DNA from: Octopus bimaculoides
Taxonomy: Eukaryota
DNA: 44,698 nt
Assembly (NCBI RefSeq): GCF_001194135.2
Contig: NC_068998.1
Coordinates: 32,074,625 to 32,119,322, forward strand
Direction of reading: 5' to 3'
Below, one piece after another: positions 11,224 to 23,215 of this stretch (its first letter is position 1; each line of letters begins with the position of its first letter). A model generated the notes under the pieces. It was not told the origin of the DNA, ran no database searches, and saw only the letters and a program-made list of their open reading frames with translations. The position numbers and the translations under genes are program-made.

Positions 11224-12800
11224 CATTATCATCATCACTTAGCATCCATTTTCCATGTTAACATGAGTCAGACAGTTGACTAGAACTGGTAAGTTGGAGA
11301 GCTGCACCAGGCTCTAGTCTGTTTTGGCTTGGTTTCTATGGCTGGCTACCCTTCCTAACCTCGCCCACTCCAGAGAGTGTACTGGGTGCCATTTACATGT
11401 CACCAGCACAGGAACCTTTTATGTGTTATCAGCATGGGTACCTTTTAAATGTCACTGGCACTGGCCATAACTACAATTTCACTTAGTTTGACGTGTCTTC
11501 TCAAGCACAGCAAATTGCTAAAAGTCTCATTGATTTGCCATCACCTCTGTGAGACTCAACATCTGAAGATTGTATTTCATGATATCATCTCATACCATTC
11601 TTGGTCTATCCCTTTCACAGGTTCCCTCCACAGTTAAAGATCAGCACTCCTTTATGCAGCTACCCTCATCTATATGCTTCACAAAGCCATACCTGTAGGG
11701 CCTTCTCTTTTGCACATTACATTTGATGCCTCTTAAACCCAATTTTTCTTTTAAAACACTCACACTGACATTGTACATTGCACTGACATGGTACATGAAA
11801 CTAGTACATTGAACTAGCTTCCTTTCTTTCAAGCCTTCACATGTCCTCTGCAGTCACAGCCCATGTTTCACTACCATATAGTATGGCTGCTCACACACAA
11901 GCATCATACAATCTGCCATTCACTCTGAGGGAGAGCCCCTTTGTTACCAAAGATAGCAGCTCTCTGAACTTCGCCCAACCCATGCCTATTCTAGCAGCTA
12001 CACTCTCAGAGCATCCTCCCCCACAGCTGATTTGGTCTCCTAGATAATGGAAGTGGCTATCTACTACTTCTAAATATAATCCTGGGCATTTGATGAACTC
12101 AATACTTTGTACATTCCTAGTGTTTATTGCGCCTACACATCTGCCACACACAAAGACTACTTTCCCTGTTAGCCTGTCTCTGATTCTACTGCACCTCTTA
12201 TGTGTCCATAGCTTACACTGGGTACACCTAATGGAGTTTCTACCAGCAACTTCTCTCTATATTGAGCAGGGCCATCCCCCTGAAGGGATTTGTAATGTGT
12301 CTGTTTTCCTACTTATTAAGACTTTGGTCATTGCTAAAGTAAATCTAAGACACTTTGATTCCAGACCTTCCACACCTGAAACTTTTTCTCTAATTCTGGT
12401 TGTGATTCAGTTATAAGAACAAGGTCATCAGCACAGAGGAGCTCCTAAGGACAGCCAGTCTTAAATTCTGTTATGGCCTGAAGGACTATGAGGAACCAGA
12501 TGGGACTGAGAACCGATCCCTGGTGAACTGGCTATACACTGAATTCATTGCTATGCTTGTTACCAACTTTCACCTTACTGATAGCATTCTTCTATATGGC
12601 TTGTATGGATCTCACCAACCATTCATCTATCCCTAGGTTCCACATTGACTCCCAGATAAGGGAGTGGGGGACCTTATCAAAGGCTTTCTGCATGTCAGCA
12701 AAATCCAGGTACAAAGGTTTATTTTTGGCTAAGTGCTTCTGCAGCTGCCTTACTAGTAATATAATATCAGTAGTGCTTCTCGTTCATTGCATTAAATAGC
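11224..12800 (-). mobile_element. RTE-clade LINE, 5'-truncated (RT core to 3' tail), decayed
   Basis: RSTTDIILLVRQLQ..DMQKAFDKVP; HQGSVLSP; ELLCADDLV (YADD-equivalent, about 12420-12445); HYLGDQISCGGGCSESVAARIGMGWAKFRELL; ILYGSETWAVT; 3' UTR and an (ATG)n-type tail at 11224-11237. Many stops and frameshifts. Confidence 0.92.
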
Positions 12801-13400
12801 TACTGTCATGATTGAAAATTTTAGGATTCAACCCGTGGAAAAGGTAGGCCCANNNNNNNNNNNNNNNNNNNNNNNNNNNNNNNNNNNNNNNNNNNNNNNN
12901 NNNNNNNNNNNNNNNNNNNNNNNNNNNNNNNNNNNNNNNNNNNNNNNNNNNNNNNNNNNNNNNNNNNNNNNNNNNNNNNNNNNNNNNNNNNNNNNNNNNN
13001 NNNNNNNNNNNNNNNNNNNNNNNNNNNNNNNNNNNNNNNNNNNNNNNNNNNNNNNNNNNNNNNNNNNNNNNNNNNNNNNNNNNNNNNNNNNNNNNNNNNN
13101 NNNNNNNNNNNNNNNNNNNNNNNNNNNNNNNNNNNNNNNNNNNNNNNNNNNNNNNNNNNGGTGGCACATAAAAGACACCATTTCGAGCGTGGCCGTTTTC
13201 GTGCGGGTGACACGTAAAAGCACCCACTACACTCTCTGAGTGGTTGGCGTTAGGAAGGGCATCCAGCTGTAGAAACTCTGCCAAATTAGATTGGAGCCTG
13301 GTGTAGCCATCCAGTTGCACCAATCCTCAGTCAAACCGTCCAACCCATGCTAGCATGGAAAACGGACGTTAAACGATGATGATGATGATGATGATGATGA
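12801..13400 (+). mobile_element. Young RTE-clade LINE 3' end spanning an assembly gap
   Basis: After the gap: 3' UTR ..GTTGGCGTTAGGAAGGGCATCCAG..GGAAAACGGACGTTAAAC plus (GAT)n at 13375-13400, with about 11 intact CpGs. Before the gap, TRGKGRP resembles the RTE C-terminal GRGRP motif. Continuity across the gap is inferred. Confidence 0.75.
12853..13159. other. Assembly gap (N run)
   Basis: 307 N; the X-rich ORFs here are artefacts. Confidence 1.
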
Positions 13401-16400
13401 GGTAACAATGATTTACCTCACCTCCAATAATTCAAATTTCTAAGTCATATTAAATTTGATTGTAAAAATTGTTTACTGATTGACTTGTCAGCTACTTAAA
13501 TATATAAAATTGTAAATTCTCTCTTGTAATGGCATCAATCCATCGATTATAAAATGTTTTCATTGATTTGGCAGGAGTTATTCTTATCTTAAAAATTTAC
13601 AAAAATCAGTTTGAAGTGTCATTTGATCTAAGAATAGTGTTTTTTATGTAATTTATCTGATATTTTGGCAACAGTTTCAATATTGATTCCTGATTTTGGC
13701 ACAAGGCCACGCATATCTATATAATATTCAATTGAATCAATTTAATTCATAACTGGTATTTATTTTAACAACTGTTTAAAAGCAACTTCAGCATAATTTG
13801 AGCTCTTAATATAAAGTAACACACCTAAATACATAGTTAAACAACATTTACAACTTGATAAGTGTTTGGTATTGTGTTCCATAATTCATTAGGTCCTCAC
13901 CACTTCTTGAAGTGTATCATGAGCAAGTCAGCTGCCTGTTAACAGTACTTCACTATTTTCAATATAGACATATTTTGAACAGCTTGATCCTTGATTCAGT
14001 ACTGTAAGCTTATGAAATATTGACTTGCAATCCCTTTGGTGATTAGGACACTCAGCTATAACATAATACAGTAACTATTTACAATAACTTGGATTACTGA
14101 AAGATGTTTCTTTAGTGAGCAAACATTGATTACTTTTTGGTTAACAGTTGAGCAGTCTGTTAACTCAGCCATCTGTGATTCACATACAGTCATTGTTGTT
14201 ATTGTTTATACTCAGGTCAATATTAATAAAACAGATCTATAATCAAAAATATTCCAGACATGACCAAAATATCCTTTTTGGAATATCTAGGGCTACATAA
14301 TCACATGTACTTTTCCCTTTTAAGATGCAATTTCAGTAAGATTTTATTGCTATTTTTAGCAACTCAGTTGACTTCATAGGAACACATTTCTACTTAGTTA
14401 ATTCTTTGGTTTTTATCATTATGTAATAATGAGTAATCTTTTTTATTCTTTAAAGCATAATAAATAGACTAGACACAAGTTTCTGAATTAAATGTGTCAT
14501 TGATGACGAAATATTCAACAACAACATTTCCTTATATTTAAATTTCTTTCTATTTAGACTTGCTGCCAAATGCAAAATTTCACTATGAACTACACCCAAA
14601 TAGCAATGACAATGCCATGTTAATTTGTTCCCTTTTTTTCTTTTCATCTACCTGTCAAAGAAAGAAAAACACATTTAGAAAAGTCATCAACCAAAATATT
14701 TATTCTTTGTCACTTATTGTTTCTACTTTCCTGGCTGAAATACAACATTGAAACAAAAGAGAAACTAATAGCTATTATGAATTCAGTGGCAATTGAAATT
14801 TACCATTTATGAATCATGACATAGTAGGAATCCTAAGTCTCCCTAATTTGCTCCCACACAAATTATTTTTACTTTGCCAAATTTCAAATTGTTCAACTGG
14901 TGATGGACGTGGAGGATATCTACACGATATCTACATTATTCCTAGATTTACAGAAAAGCCACTAAACTAATATATTTCTTCATTGGTACTTTGCCAATTT
15001 AGAGTTGAATGATGGCAATGAGTTTACAAATAATTCTTTATTAAATATTGCGTTTGTTTTATGCTCATAAGTATATAACAATTCAACATTTTAAAGTTAA
15101 TTAATTATGGAATCTGACATTTTTATTTTTAACTTCTATTGAAATATAAATAATAGATAATGACCTTTAAATTAATTCCATTTCTCTGCTTTGAATTTTG
15201 GCTAGCTTGACAAATATCTTCTTTGTTTTATTCATAAGTGCATTTCTTTTCTGTCAAATATAATAAAGCTAATATTTTAGGATGTCACTCAGCTTGAAGT
15301 AACAGCCAAATCTTCAAATCAAACCTTATTATCTAAAAAGAAGGAAAATTACACTGAACAATGAAGTCCTACTCCTAGAAGTTGGGTTGGGCATGATTGG
15401 AATGATTTTGATTATATATAGATCTATTAAACCAAAGCTAATCAGTCCCTAAGCAACATCTACAACTGCCTCATAGACATTATACTAACTTTTATCACTC
15501 ACATGTATTCATTATAAACATATTTAATGTGGGGAGAATTAAAATGATTATACAACGAGGAAGAAACAATGTTAGTCAATGACTATTGTTACTTTTGTTT
15601 TGACCCCAATGTTTCCATCTTACCATGATTTCATCAGTGAAGCATAGTTTTCATCTTTCAATGATGAGTAATCATGAGAGAATCGCAAAGTAAATTAACA
15701 AAACTGTAATCTCGTTAGTGGAGGAAAGTACAATACAAAACAGGTGTCCCCAAATAATCAAATATTAACCTCATGTTGAAATCCTTGATAATTCGTTCAA
15801 CCCCTGACGTGTACAAAAAATATATAATATTAATGATAATATTAATAATAAATTAAACTGTGTGTAAACACTCTATAAAAAAATCAGGTTATGTTAAACA
15901 CATTAAATAAATGAACCCTCTTTATTATTGAATTAATTGGGGCCATTATTAGGGAGATGTGTTTGATCTGCATTAGCAAGGATATTGATATTTGGTTGGG
16001 AATTTGTGAGTTTCATTTGTAAGTTAACACATCCTTTCAGTTTCAGTCTGCTTCTCTGTTTTGTTAAAGCTACATTTGCATTATTAAAATCAGCTTTATC
16101 CATCTATGACCTTAGGAATGTAAGTAAAAATAACTCAAGCATTTGGGTATATTTGTTTGTATTATTTATATTGTTCCAGTAGTCATTGAAAACAATGTTT
16201 TGAGATCTATACACATATCAATGAATTCACCTTGTAAAACTCAGTGTCTGCATTCTCTGTTTCCAAATCAAACAGTGAACTGCCCTCTCACCTATTCACA
16301 TTTTCTTCATGTCTTTAGAAAGTATTTTAATGTCTGCCCTTAGTTTTCCAAAACATTTTATGCATATCTCTGGTCATAATAGGAAAAAATTTCTCCTTCT

Positions 16401-16991
16401 TCCAGTAGTGATAATGTTGGCAAATACTTAAAATCTTTATGTATTAGATCTAAATAAGCCTATTTTGATTTGAAAGCCTACTAGGACTGTTCAGGCATGG
16501 ATAAGTGTAACATCTTTACTATGCACATGTTTCTGTGCTTCATTGAATTATGATTATAAATCGGTCAAACTAATTAGCTGCTTTTTACATTTTTTCAACT
16601 TATCACATAGTAATGGTTCTAAATTGACTCGAATCAATTAGGTGACAAGTCTTTGTGTGCTATCACCTCTTGACAATTACTCTAGCTTACTGTGCATTAC
16701 TACTTTTGCTACAAGTTTCATCACTTTTTTTCAAATAACGTTGCAGATAGTCATAAACTGAGAGGGTGTGATTTAATTTTATTGATTGACCTGATACACT
16801 CTTTTAAGATATATAATTCACCATTGAACTGTATGATACCCTGAAAGGATTTTTCTTAGATAGAAGATGGTCTCTGTGTAATACATAATGAACAGTACTT
16901 ACATCAGAAAGCTTTTTCTTGAGTATGGCAGTGAATTGTCTTTACTGCTAATCATTGCAGCTGCACCATTAGTATATATATATATATACTA

Positions 16992-17027
<36 letters not shown>

Positions 17028-17094
17028 NNNNNNNNNNNNNNNNNNNNNNNNNNNNNNNNNNNNNNNNNNNNNNNNNNNNNNNNNNNNNNNNNNN
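17028..17094. other. Assembly gap within a (TA)n/(CATA)n microsatellite
   Basis: 67 N flanked by (TA)n and (CATA)n. Confidence 1.
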
Positions 17095-17106
17095 CACACA
17101 TACATA

Positions 17107-18070
17107 CATACACATGGGAAATTTGATTGGTGACCACTGCTGCTATCTGCGGTTGTCTTGTTTAAGTAATAGGGTTTGCTAAGAAATAAAAGATGGGTGA
17201 ATAGATGGATGAATTTCCCTCAAGGGGAGAAAATTGCTGAGAAAGAGATTTTTAAATACTTATTTTGTTGTGCATCTATATATGTCATTCTTCTTTTTTT
17301 TTTTAAGTAGATGCAGATAAATTTAAATTTATTTCATTCTTAATTGGAACTTATCAATGCACCACAACTTTGGATAAAACTACATGGTCATTTAAAACAT
17401 TCAGGAGCTATATAAACAATTGACTTTTCTTTTCTGCTTTTAATTATGACGAGAAAAGATGTGAGAGAAGGAGGGCATTAAAATCCCCAACTCACTTACA
17501 ATTGAGATTACAATTAACATTATACAGAGTACAATTGATATTTTCTATTTCTTTTACTTTTTACAGTGGGGGAGAGTTTGATTGATAGAAAGTCTCTTAC
17601 ATGGTTAAGATTTTATTCTGGGAGTCTTTCAAAGGTCTTATTTTATTCTCCCATTTATCATTGCTTTTTTTGTCTAGTGCATATTCGCCTTATTTGTTAG
17701 TTCTTCATGTAGATACGATTACCATTTTCTCTACAATCTACATACAAGCCCTCTTTCATTCTTTTTGGGTGTGAATGTGGGATCTTTGGTCGTTTTTCTA
17801 TGCTGTATATCACGTTGGGATGATTTGGGATTAGATTCCACTGTTTCATCTTACTATGGCATCTTGCTATCAGTTTATTGTGTTGCATTCAGATTTCAAC
17901 CGTTGTTCAACATACACGTATGAAATTTGACTGGTGATCACTGCTTCTGTCATCTGTAGTTGTTTTGTTTAAAAGGCAGAAAGAAATAGGGTTTGCTAAG
18001 AAATAAAGGGGGAAGAACTTTCCATCAAGGGGAGAGAATCTCTAAGAGAGATAGTTTTAGTACTTATTTT
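17107..18070 (+). repeat. Pair of diverged 160-bp direct repeats (17107-17266 and 17911-18070)
   Basis: Shared GAAATTTGA.TGGTGA.CACTGC, an identical 23-mer AATAGGGTTTGCTAAGAAATAAA, TCAAGGGGAGA and TACTTATTTT; offset 804 bp. Confidence 0.8.
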
Positions 18071-18100
18071 ATACTCACACACACACACACACACACACAC

Positions 18101-19180
18101 ACTGGGAGGAGCAAGTATTTGAGGAAGTATTTGGTAATAAGGCATCTGTCATCTAGCAAAAATGTGTGCCCATTCTCAATGAGCTTTCTTATAAGATTAT
18201 TCTATGAATCTGCTTTCAGCTTTGATGACTGTTTCAATGCCTCATTGACATTTTTGCAGTAAATGGTTCTTATTCAATTTGAATGTCATCTGGACAATGC
18301 TGGCCTTCTGTGAAGCAATCACTAGTTTAGGATTACATGATTGTAAAAGTTGTCTAACATCAATTGTTGGGTTACATGGGCTTTATGAGATGGTACTGAG
18401 TTTTGTTGAAATATGTGTAGCCTTCTGCATACTTCATCTATCCAGAGCTTATCAGCTATTTCCAGCACTTCACCATATCCAGCAACATTAATTCTAAAAC
18501 TTTGTGGAAAGATGTGAGGTTTCTGGAAAGATATGACCTTTGTTGCTCACCACTCCTAAAACCACCATAGTTGCTAGAAACTTAGTGTGCATCACTAAGG
18601 ATCAGCACATAGCTGTCTAATATTTCTCCAGTTAAACTGTTGGTCCTAGTGGAAGGTTCTCTCATCAGAGAAGATCCAAAGTATGCCTTATTAAGTAACC
18701 ACTTGACATGGATCAAATGGATTTCTTGTCTCTTTGCCCTCTCCTCAGTTCATACAATTTGTAATGAAATGTCCTCAAGCACCACAATTCTGATAGTCCA
18801 CTACATCATCTGAATTCTTTTGGTGATGGCTCTCAGTGATTTTCTGGGATCATCAGTGATAATGTTTTAAACCTGTTGGATGAATTGTGGTATTCTTGTA
18901 CTGTTCAAACATTTTGAATGTCTTTTCTCTTCAATACATTTGAAACATTCCTGCCAGGGGCTTTTAATTCCATCCAAACTTTGTGTACAAAAGATCTTGT
19001 ATTTAGAAAGTTGGCTACTTTTAAATCATTGTGTTCCAAATACAAGCAACAATGACTGTATGTCTTTTCATTTTTGTTTTAGCATTTCATCTGCCATGGG
19101 AGAATGTGAAAGAAATAAAAACCTTTTAACCAATTTAAAGAGAGTAATATACTGTCTTCAAATACTGATCACACACTCTC
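18101..19180 (-). mobile_element. Second maT/DD37D-like transposon, older and internally deleted
   Basis: Degenerate TIRs related to those of 1335-2593 (about 18102-18126, and 19153-19179 TGTCTTCAAATACTGATCACACACTCT). Remnants MKRHTVIVA, MHTKFLATMVVLGVVSNKGHI, FQQNSVPSHKAHVTQQ; the WP.NSPDLNP block is missing. Confidence 0.8.
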
Positions 19181-19286
19181 TCTATATATATATATGTATT
19201 TATTTGTTTCATTGATCCATGACAAACTGAAGCATATTTTCTTCCAGTGAACATGTCTACCAAATAAGTTGAACTTAGTAAATAGA

Positions 19287-19361
19287 TGTGTGTGTGTATG
19301 TGTGTGTGTATGTGTGCGTATGTGTGTGTGTGTATGTGTGCGTATGTGTGTGTGTGTGTGT
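19287..19361. repeat. (TG)n/(TATG) compound microsatellite
   Basis: Directly visible. Confidence 0.95.
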
Positions 19362-20049
19362 AATGTGATAGAAAATAACCATAGAACTTCATAGAATACA
19401 TGGGGTAGATGAAAAGGTTGGTTGCTTCAATAACAAGGAGTTTTCTGTTTCTAGGTTTCAGATGGATCTATTATGTCTACTTATATCTGAAAAACTATTG
19501 AGTGTGAGCTAACTTAATGCTGTATGTATTTGCCATACTACAATATAGAGGAGGGAGTTGCATTGGCCTACATTAATGAACTCAATTTACCCAAGTAACA
19601 TACTGCATACTACACTAAACTAGTACTGTAGGCTTGATTTACCTCCTCTACATACATTGTTATGAAAACCACACATAATCACAGACCCTATGAATCCCTG
19701 TAAATCAAAAAATAAATAGGTTAGCATACAGATAGTTTACAGTTAAGGTCATGGGGAAGAGAATATTGTTCTGTTGACTAAGAATTGGAACACATGTCAT
19801 AGTGAATTAGTTTAGTGAAGCATTAGTTTAACAGAGATTTCATCTGTATAGAGTGAATATTAAGCAAGTTTTCCATGAAGGCATACATACAAGGGGCTGA
19901 ACTCAATTTATCAAGCTAATGAAACATTGAATTTTTTTGTATAATCATAGAGTAGTTATAGACATCTGCTAGATGGAATTGTTTATATTCTTGTGAGCAA
20001 GGGTGATTTAAGGACACTAAAAACATGGCGAAAATATATCTATTAATAT

Positions 20050-20345
20050 TGTCATTCAGGACAGAAGAAAAAGCACTCTCCTCACAGATGAGATTGCTAT
20101 TATCATAAAATGGCCTAAGGGTTGCAAAGACCTTTACTATTGTAACTCAGTAATGACAAAGTTGATACTCCTATCCTACTAGATGAAGAGATGGTCTGCA
20201 TGCTTAAAAAAGAAAATCCCTAGGAATTGTCACTATCTCTGCAGAGCTCCCGAAACATGAAAAGCCAGAATTTATCAAGACATTTGTCAGAGGATCTCAA
20301 AAGCAAAACAGTGACCAAAAGAATAGATCCAATTCTTTCTGAAAC
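20050..20345 (+). mobile_element. RTE-clade LINE internal fragment (between endonuclease and RT)
   Basis: With frameshifts: LTDEIAIIIKWPKGCKDLY..TPILLDEE..KSLGIVTISAELPKH..ICQRISKAKQ*PKE*IQ, resembling RW.EYC..LY / PPIL..EV / KSPG.D.I.AELLK / ICQ.IW..KQWPKEW. Confidence 0.7.
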
Positions 20346-20414
20346 TGTACATTAGCTTATTACTTCAACTTTTCTACTCGCCAAGACAACTAAAAAACTC
20401 TGCTGGATTTACCA

Positions 20415-20700
20415 TTATCATTGTTGTCTATGTGTACCCTCATCAGTTTCTTTATATCTCTGATGGTTTTGGTCAAAAGAGATGGAATATGTCTATCAGA
20501 ACACAAATGATTCTCTTTGAACTTCATCTCCATGCTTCAGTATATAACAATTCCTTGTCATATACTGTGTTTTGTACATGCCTGTGTAACTTCTCAGAAG
20601 TGACAGCTAAATGGTTATAGCTACCAATTCGATTGTGTCTGTTGATATATTTTGACTTTATGAGGAGTGGGTAGCCAAAATTTATGTGGCCAATCTTTTA
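20415..20700 (-). mobile_element. Possible highly decayed LINE C-terminal fragment
   Basis: Only short RTE-like peptides are visible (KVKIYQ, MEMKF, IRDIKKLMRV). Confidence 0.3.
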
Positions 20701-21062
20701 CTGTGTTTATTACATTGTCCATCCATGATGTTAGCCTCATGTTTCATTATTTTGTTCAGAGAGTTAAAAGTAAAATTTGCATATATATATGCTTTGGAGG
20801 TATTGTCAGTTTTCACATAGATTTACCTAACCTCTGGCATGTCTTGCAAGTTATTGGCCATGGAATACATTTTCTTTGTCATATTTTAGTATTCCACTTT
20901 GATTTGATGTTTTTAAAACTTTCATATTATTTTTTCTTTATCTATACAATTTTTTCATTGTAGCTAACTTCATTATTCTTATTATTAAGGTTATCATTAT
21001 AAAAAAGTTCTACATTGATTCTGCCACTGGAATCATGTCTTGTGATTTAGTGAAAATAACTC

Positions 21063-21265
21063 TCACCAACACCCAATGACTTTGTGAAAAATTCTTGCAG
21101 AATAGAAAATGACAGTTTTCTGCAACATTGCTGTTTCCAATATTTCTCAGTCTCTTTTAAACAATTGATTCGGCATGGTTATCTACACTTGCATGACAAT
21201 ATTGATAACTTCTTCTCACATATCCCAGAGTGTTCTCTGTTCTCTAACAAAGAGGAGATGATACT
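21063..21265 (-). mobile_element. RLE-type (R4/Dong-like) non-LTR retrotransposon C-terminal remnant
   Basis: RTLWDM*EEVINIVMQV..MLQKTVIFYSARIFHKVI, homologous to RMWNLKTETIPIIV..IQKIALLGTAHILRKTL at 44342-44566. Confidence 0.6.
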
Positions 21266-21329
21266 TTTCAGCTTTTCTGTTTCTTTCCTTTTCTCTATAA
21301 TCTTCTGTATTTCATCCCTTTGACTTTTC

Positions 21330-21420
21330 TAAAATAAAGTACCAGTCAAGCACTGGGGATGATGTCATCAATTAACCACCTTCATCCCCAAAATTGCTGG
21401 CCTTCTACAAAAATTTGAAA
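21330..21420 (+). mobile_element. SINE 3' tail fragment
   Basis: AAGTACCAGTCAAGCACTGGGGATGATGTCATC..AAATTGCTGGCCTT..AAAATTTGAAA. Confidence 0.75.
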
Positions 21421-21518
21421 GGAATTATTATTGTTGTTGTTAGCAGTGATGGTGGTGGTGGAGTAGTGATTAACAGAATTTTTATGAACAAAATACCTTG
21501 CAACATTAAATATGTCTA

Positions 21519-21691
21519 AGACAGTGAGCTGACAGAACCATTAGCATGCTGGACAAAATGCTTAGCAGCATTTCCTCTGTCTTTATGTTCTGAGTTCAAA
21601 TTTTGCTGAGGTTGACTTTGCCTTTTAAGCTTTCAAGGTCGATAAGATAAGTGCCAGTTAAGCACTAGGGTTGATGTAATCGACTTACCCT
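21519..21691 (+). mobile_element. SINE, 5' part (split by an insertion; tail resumes at 22443-22492)
   Basis: GTGAGCTGACAGAACCATTAGC..TTCTGAGTTCAAATT..GATGTAATCGACTTACCC; compare the uninterrupted copy at 42567-42786. Confidence 0.85.
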
Positions 21692-22442
21692 TTTAGTGGT
21701 ATACTGGCATGACATTACACCAGACTCAGTGGTGTGGAGGTATCCACTAAATTTTGATTGTATAACAGTGTCCTGTCATAAAAGGAAGATGAGACTCCAT
21801 ACAATGATAAATAGAATTTATTTGGGATAGAGGTTACAAACACAGTTTTTCTCACGATGTAAGAAATCAAATATTAACACATTGTGAATCCTTTGGACAA
21901 CAAGTAAAGACTAACTAGTTAAGCGACAAAATTGCAAGAATATCAGAAATGCATCTATGGTGTCATGTGTGAGGCATAATCAGAAAACACATTCAGTTCA
22001 TAGCTTGGACTTACTGTTACAAATTCATAGTAGGTGTCAACGAAGTTGGTCACACTACAGTCAATTGATTCTTAAGATGTGGTGGTAGAGTTAGTTGCTG
22101 AACAAATCACCATGATAATGCAGGAAAATGACGGTGGTCTGAAATCTATTAGGCAAGCATCATTAGAATGATGGTAATAAGAAGACTGCTAGGCAAACGT
22201 TATTAGGATGACAGTAACTGCATGTGGTCTGTGGCCTGAGTCAAAAGACTCAGTGCTCCTTGTTGTCCAAATGGCAAGAGAGAGAGAGAGAGACCGCTCT
22301 CCACCACCAGAATATATAGGTGTCAACTGTGATGCTACCTGGTGGAGTTTACCAGCAAAGGGATGTAGTTCAGTTATCCTTCCTACCTGGTGGCATTTAC
22401 CAGCAAAGGGATGTAATTCAGCTATCCTGCTATATTACTACA
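21692..22442 (-). mobile_element. Probable solo LTR (751 bp) nested in a SINE
   Basis: The minus strand begins TGTAGTAATATA and ends TATACCACTAAA (degenerate TG..CA inverted ends). It has a 48-bp tandem duplication near the 5' end (22335-22430, 43/48 identical), a TATA-like element at about 22312-22318 and AATAAA at 21817-21822. The TSD is degenerate (CCCT/TTCT). Confidence 0.65.
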
Positions 22443-22492
22443 TTCTCTTCCCTGAAATCGCTGGGCTTGTGCCAAGATTTGAAATAGATATT
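22443..22492 (+). mobile_element. SINE 3' tail continuing 21519-21691
   Basis: CTTCCCTGAAATCGCTGGGCTTGTGCCAAGATTTGAAA matches the tails at 21330-21420 and the reverse complement of 39830-39880. Confidence 0.8.
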
Positions 22493-23215
22493 AAATATCT
22501 CCTTTTATAGTTGTACAGAATCTTGCCTGTGTCAGATTTATATATCACCCTTTTGGTGACAGTAGAATAGTAACTGTCAGTTAAGTTATGGAATTTACAA
22601 ATTGTTCTTCCTGTATTTTTTCCTGCAGGAAACATATAGTCAAACACAATCACACCAGACTAGCTAATAAAAAGGCATTAGATAAAACATTTTATGGTAT
22701 GTAGTTATGCCTCTTTATGTTCTGAGTTCAAATTCTACTAGAGTTAGCTTTACCTTTCATTTCCTTAGCATTAATCTAATAGTTGCTCCTTAAAATGTAT
22801 GATTTTAATAATATTTTTTTGTACAGTATTTATATGTGATCTATATAAAAAGATCACTAGATACTGTTTGGCCCAGTATTTGTATATAATAGGAAGGTTT
22901 AGTTGTATATTGCTTCTGAATAGTGTGTAGTGTGTAGATAGCTTGAAGTAATGAAAGCCAGTGAAATCTCTCTTCAAGCATATATTATATAATAATATAT
23001 GCTTCAAAAGAGAGCTGTCCCTTATTAATGCTAAATCAAATGAAGATAAGGTAATGTGATTAAAAGAGATCCACCACTTGTAACTAATAATTAAGGTCTT
23101 AGTACAGAAAGGTTTTTTTATCAGCAGTATGATCAATAAATCTTTCGCTGTAATTCACAGTGGTATATAAAATTATATTTCTTTAAAGAATCTGGATTTG
23201 TTTGGTCATGCTGGT

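Noticed and set aside
12784-13323. Long X-containing ORFs (also at 16952-17182 and 29163-29950)
   Set aside because: They are translations across N gaps.
16555-16797. Possible mariner-derived MITE (GGTCAA-containing ends near TA)
   Set aside because: The ends share only about 6 nt; not enough to call TIRs.
22335-22430. 48-bp repeat pair, and the 14-bp and 27-bp tandem repeats, as possible CRISPR arrays
   Set aside because: Units are adjacent with no spacers, there are 2-3 copies only, the context is eukaryotic and there are no cas genes.
22771-23136. 121-aa minus-strand ORF
   Set aside because: Starts at a non-ATG codon, has AT-driven I/L/K/Y/F composition and no recognisable motif or convincing splice sites.
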